A program made the translations under genes and the position numbers. A model generated the notes under the pieces. It was not told the origin of the DNA. It was given only the letters and a program-made list of their open reading frames with translations, and did no database searches. 48,800 bases of DNA, taken from an uncultured bacterium. GTDB taxonomy: Bacteria; SAR324; NAC60-12. Below are positions 48,407 to 48,800 of the stretch, in pieces (positions within the stretch are counted from its first letter, which is position 1; each line of letters starts with the position of its first letter). Location: contig CAXGMD010000016.1 in the NCBI GenBank assembly GCA_964010765.1, forward strand, positions 1 through 48,800, written 5' to 3'.

Positions 48407-48800
48407 AGTACCGGCAGTGTGGCCTTTCCCTACTGATTTGCATTTTAATTTCTGTCAGTGCTGAGGCCCGTACTCCCAACCCGATTGCCGGAGAGCAGAT
48501 TTTTCATGCAGCTGGTGGTTGTGGCTGTCACACTGATGTGGAGAATAAAGGCTCGCTTCTAGCTGGAGGGCGCCCACTTCCTACACCTTATGGAGTCTTC
48601 TATGCCAACAACATCACTCCAGATCCAACCACGGGGATCGGTTCTTGGAGTGATGAAGACTTCGTTCGTGCTATGCGGGAGGGGATAGGGCCAGAGGAGC
48701 AGCATTACTTCCCAAGCTTTCCTTATCCTGCATTCGCCAAGATGAGCGAAGAGGATCTATTGCATCTCAAAGACTATCTCTTCAGCCTGCCTCCCATCCA
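48403..48800 (+). CDS. c-type cytochrome (diheme/gluconate-dehydrogenase cytochrome-like), 3' truncated by window edge; absent from the ORF track
   Basis: TTG 48403 overlaps the upstream TGA. Translation MKYRQCGLSLLICILISVSAEA-RTPNPIAGEQIFHAAGGCGCHTD...LAGGRPLPTPYGVFYANNITPDPTTGIGSWSDEDFVRAMREG...YFPSFPY. Confidence 0.88.
   Translation, partial: MKYRQCGLSLLICILISVSAEARTPNPIAGEQIFHAAGGCGCHTDVENKGSLLAGGRPLPTPYGVFYANNITPDPTTGIGSWSDEDFVRAMREGIGPEEQHYFPSFPYPAFAKMSEEDLLHLKDYLFSLPPI

Overview
48.8 kb of bacterial chromosome, densely coding and dominated by catabolism and transport, most consistent with a marine heterotroph (a SAR324-like deltaproteobacterium is my guess from gene content, not demonstrated). 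I found no rRNA, tRNA, CRISPR array, integrase or transposase. Recognisable modules: a TRAP transporter; the lower Weimberg pathway (xylX plus a ketoglutarate-semialdehyde dehydrogenase); ATM1-type ABC and MATE exporters; a decaying patch of small or broken genes (16.5-19.9 kb); two AT-rich lipoprotein genes with paralogous signal peptides (a clostripain fusion with a homopolymer frameshift, and a zincin-like protein); esterase-SDR-dad; phnWAY 2-aminoethylphosphonate catabolism divergent from an AT-rich Ugp-like ABC importer and a single-domain methionine synthase; and a cytochrome c' pair. Best candidate for an undescribed system: a 38.9-47.6 kb cluster of a polyamine-type ABC importer, an SDR, a HisD paralog with a remodelled active site, a HisC paralog and an alpha-hydroxy-acid oxidase, which looks like a catabolic or salvage route for an unknown imidazole or amine compound. 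Also notable: a small protein of tandem (D/E)RRxx repeats (possible c-di-GMP sponge) and a cytochrome with a contracted CxCH haem motif.
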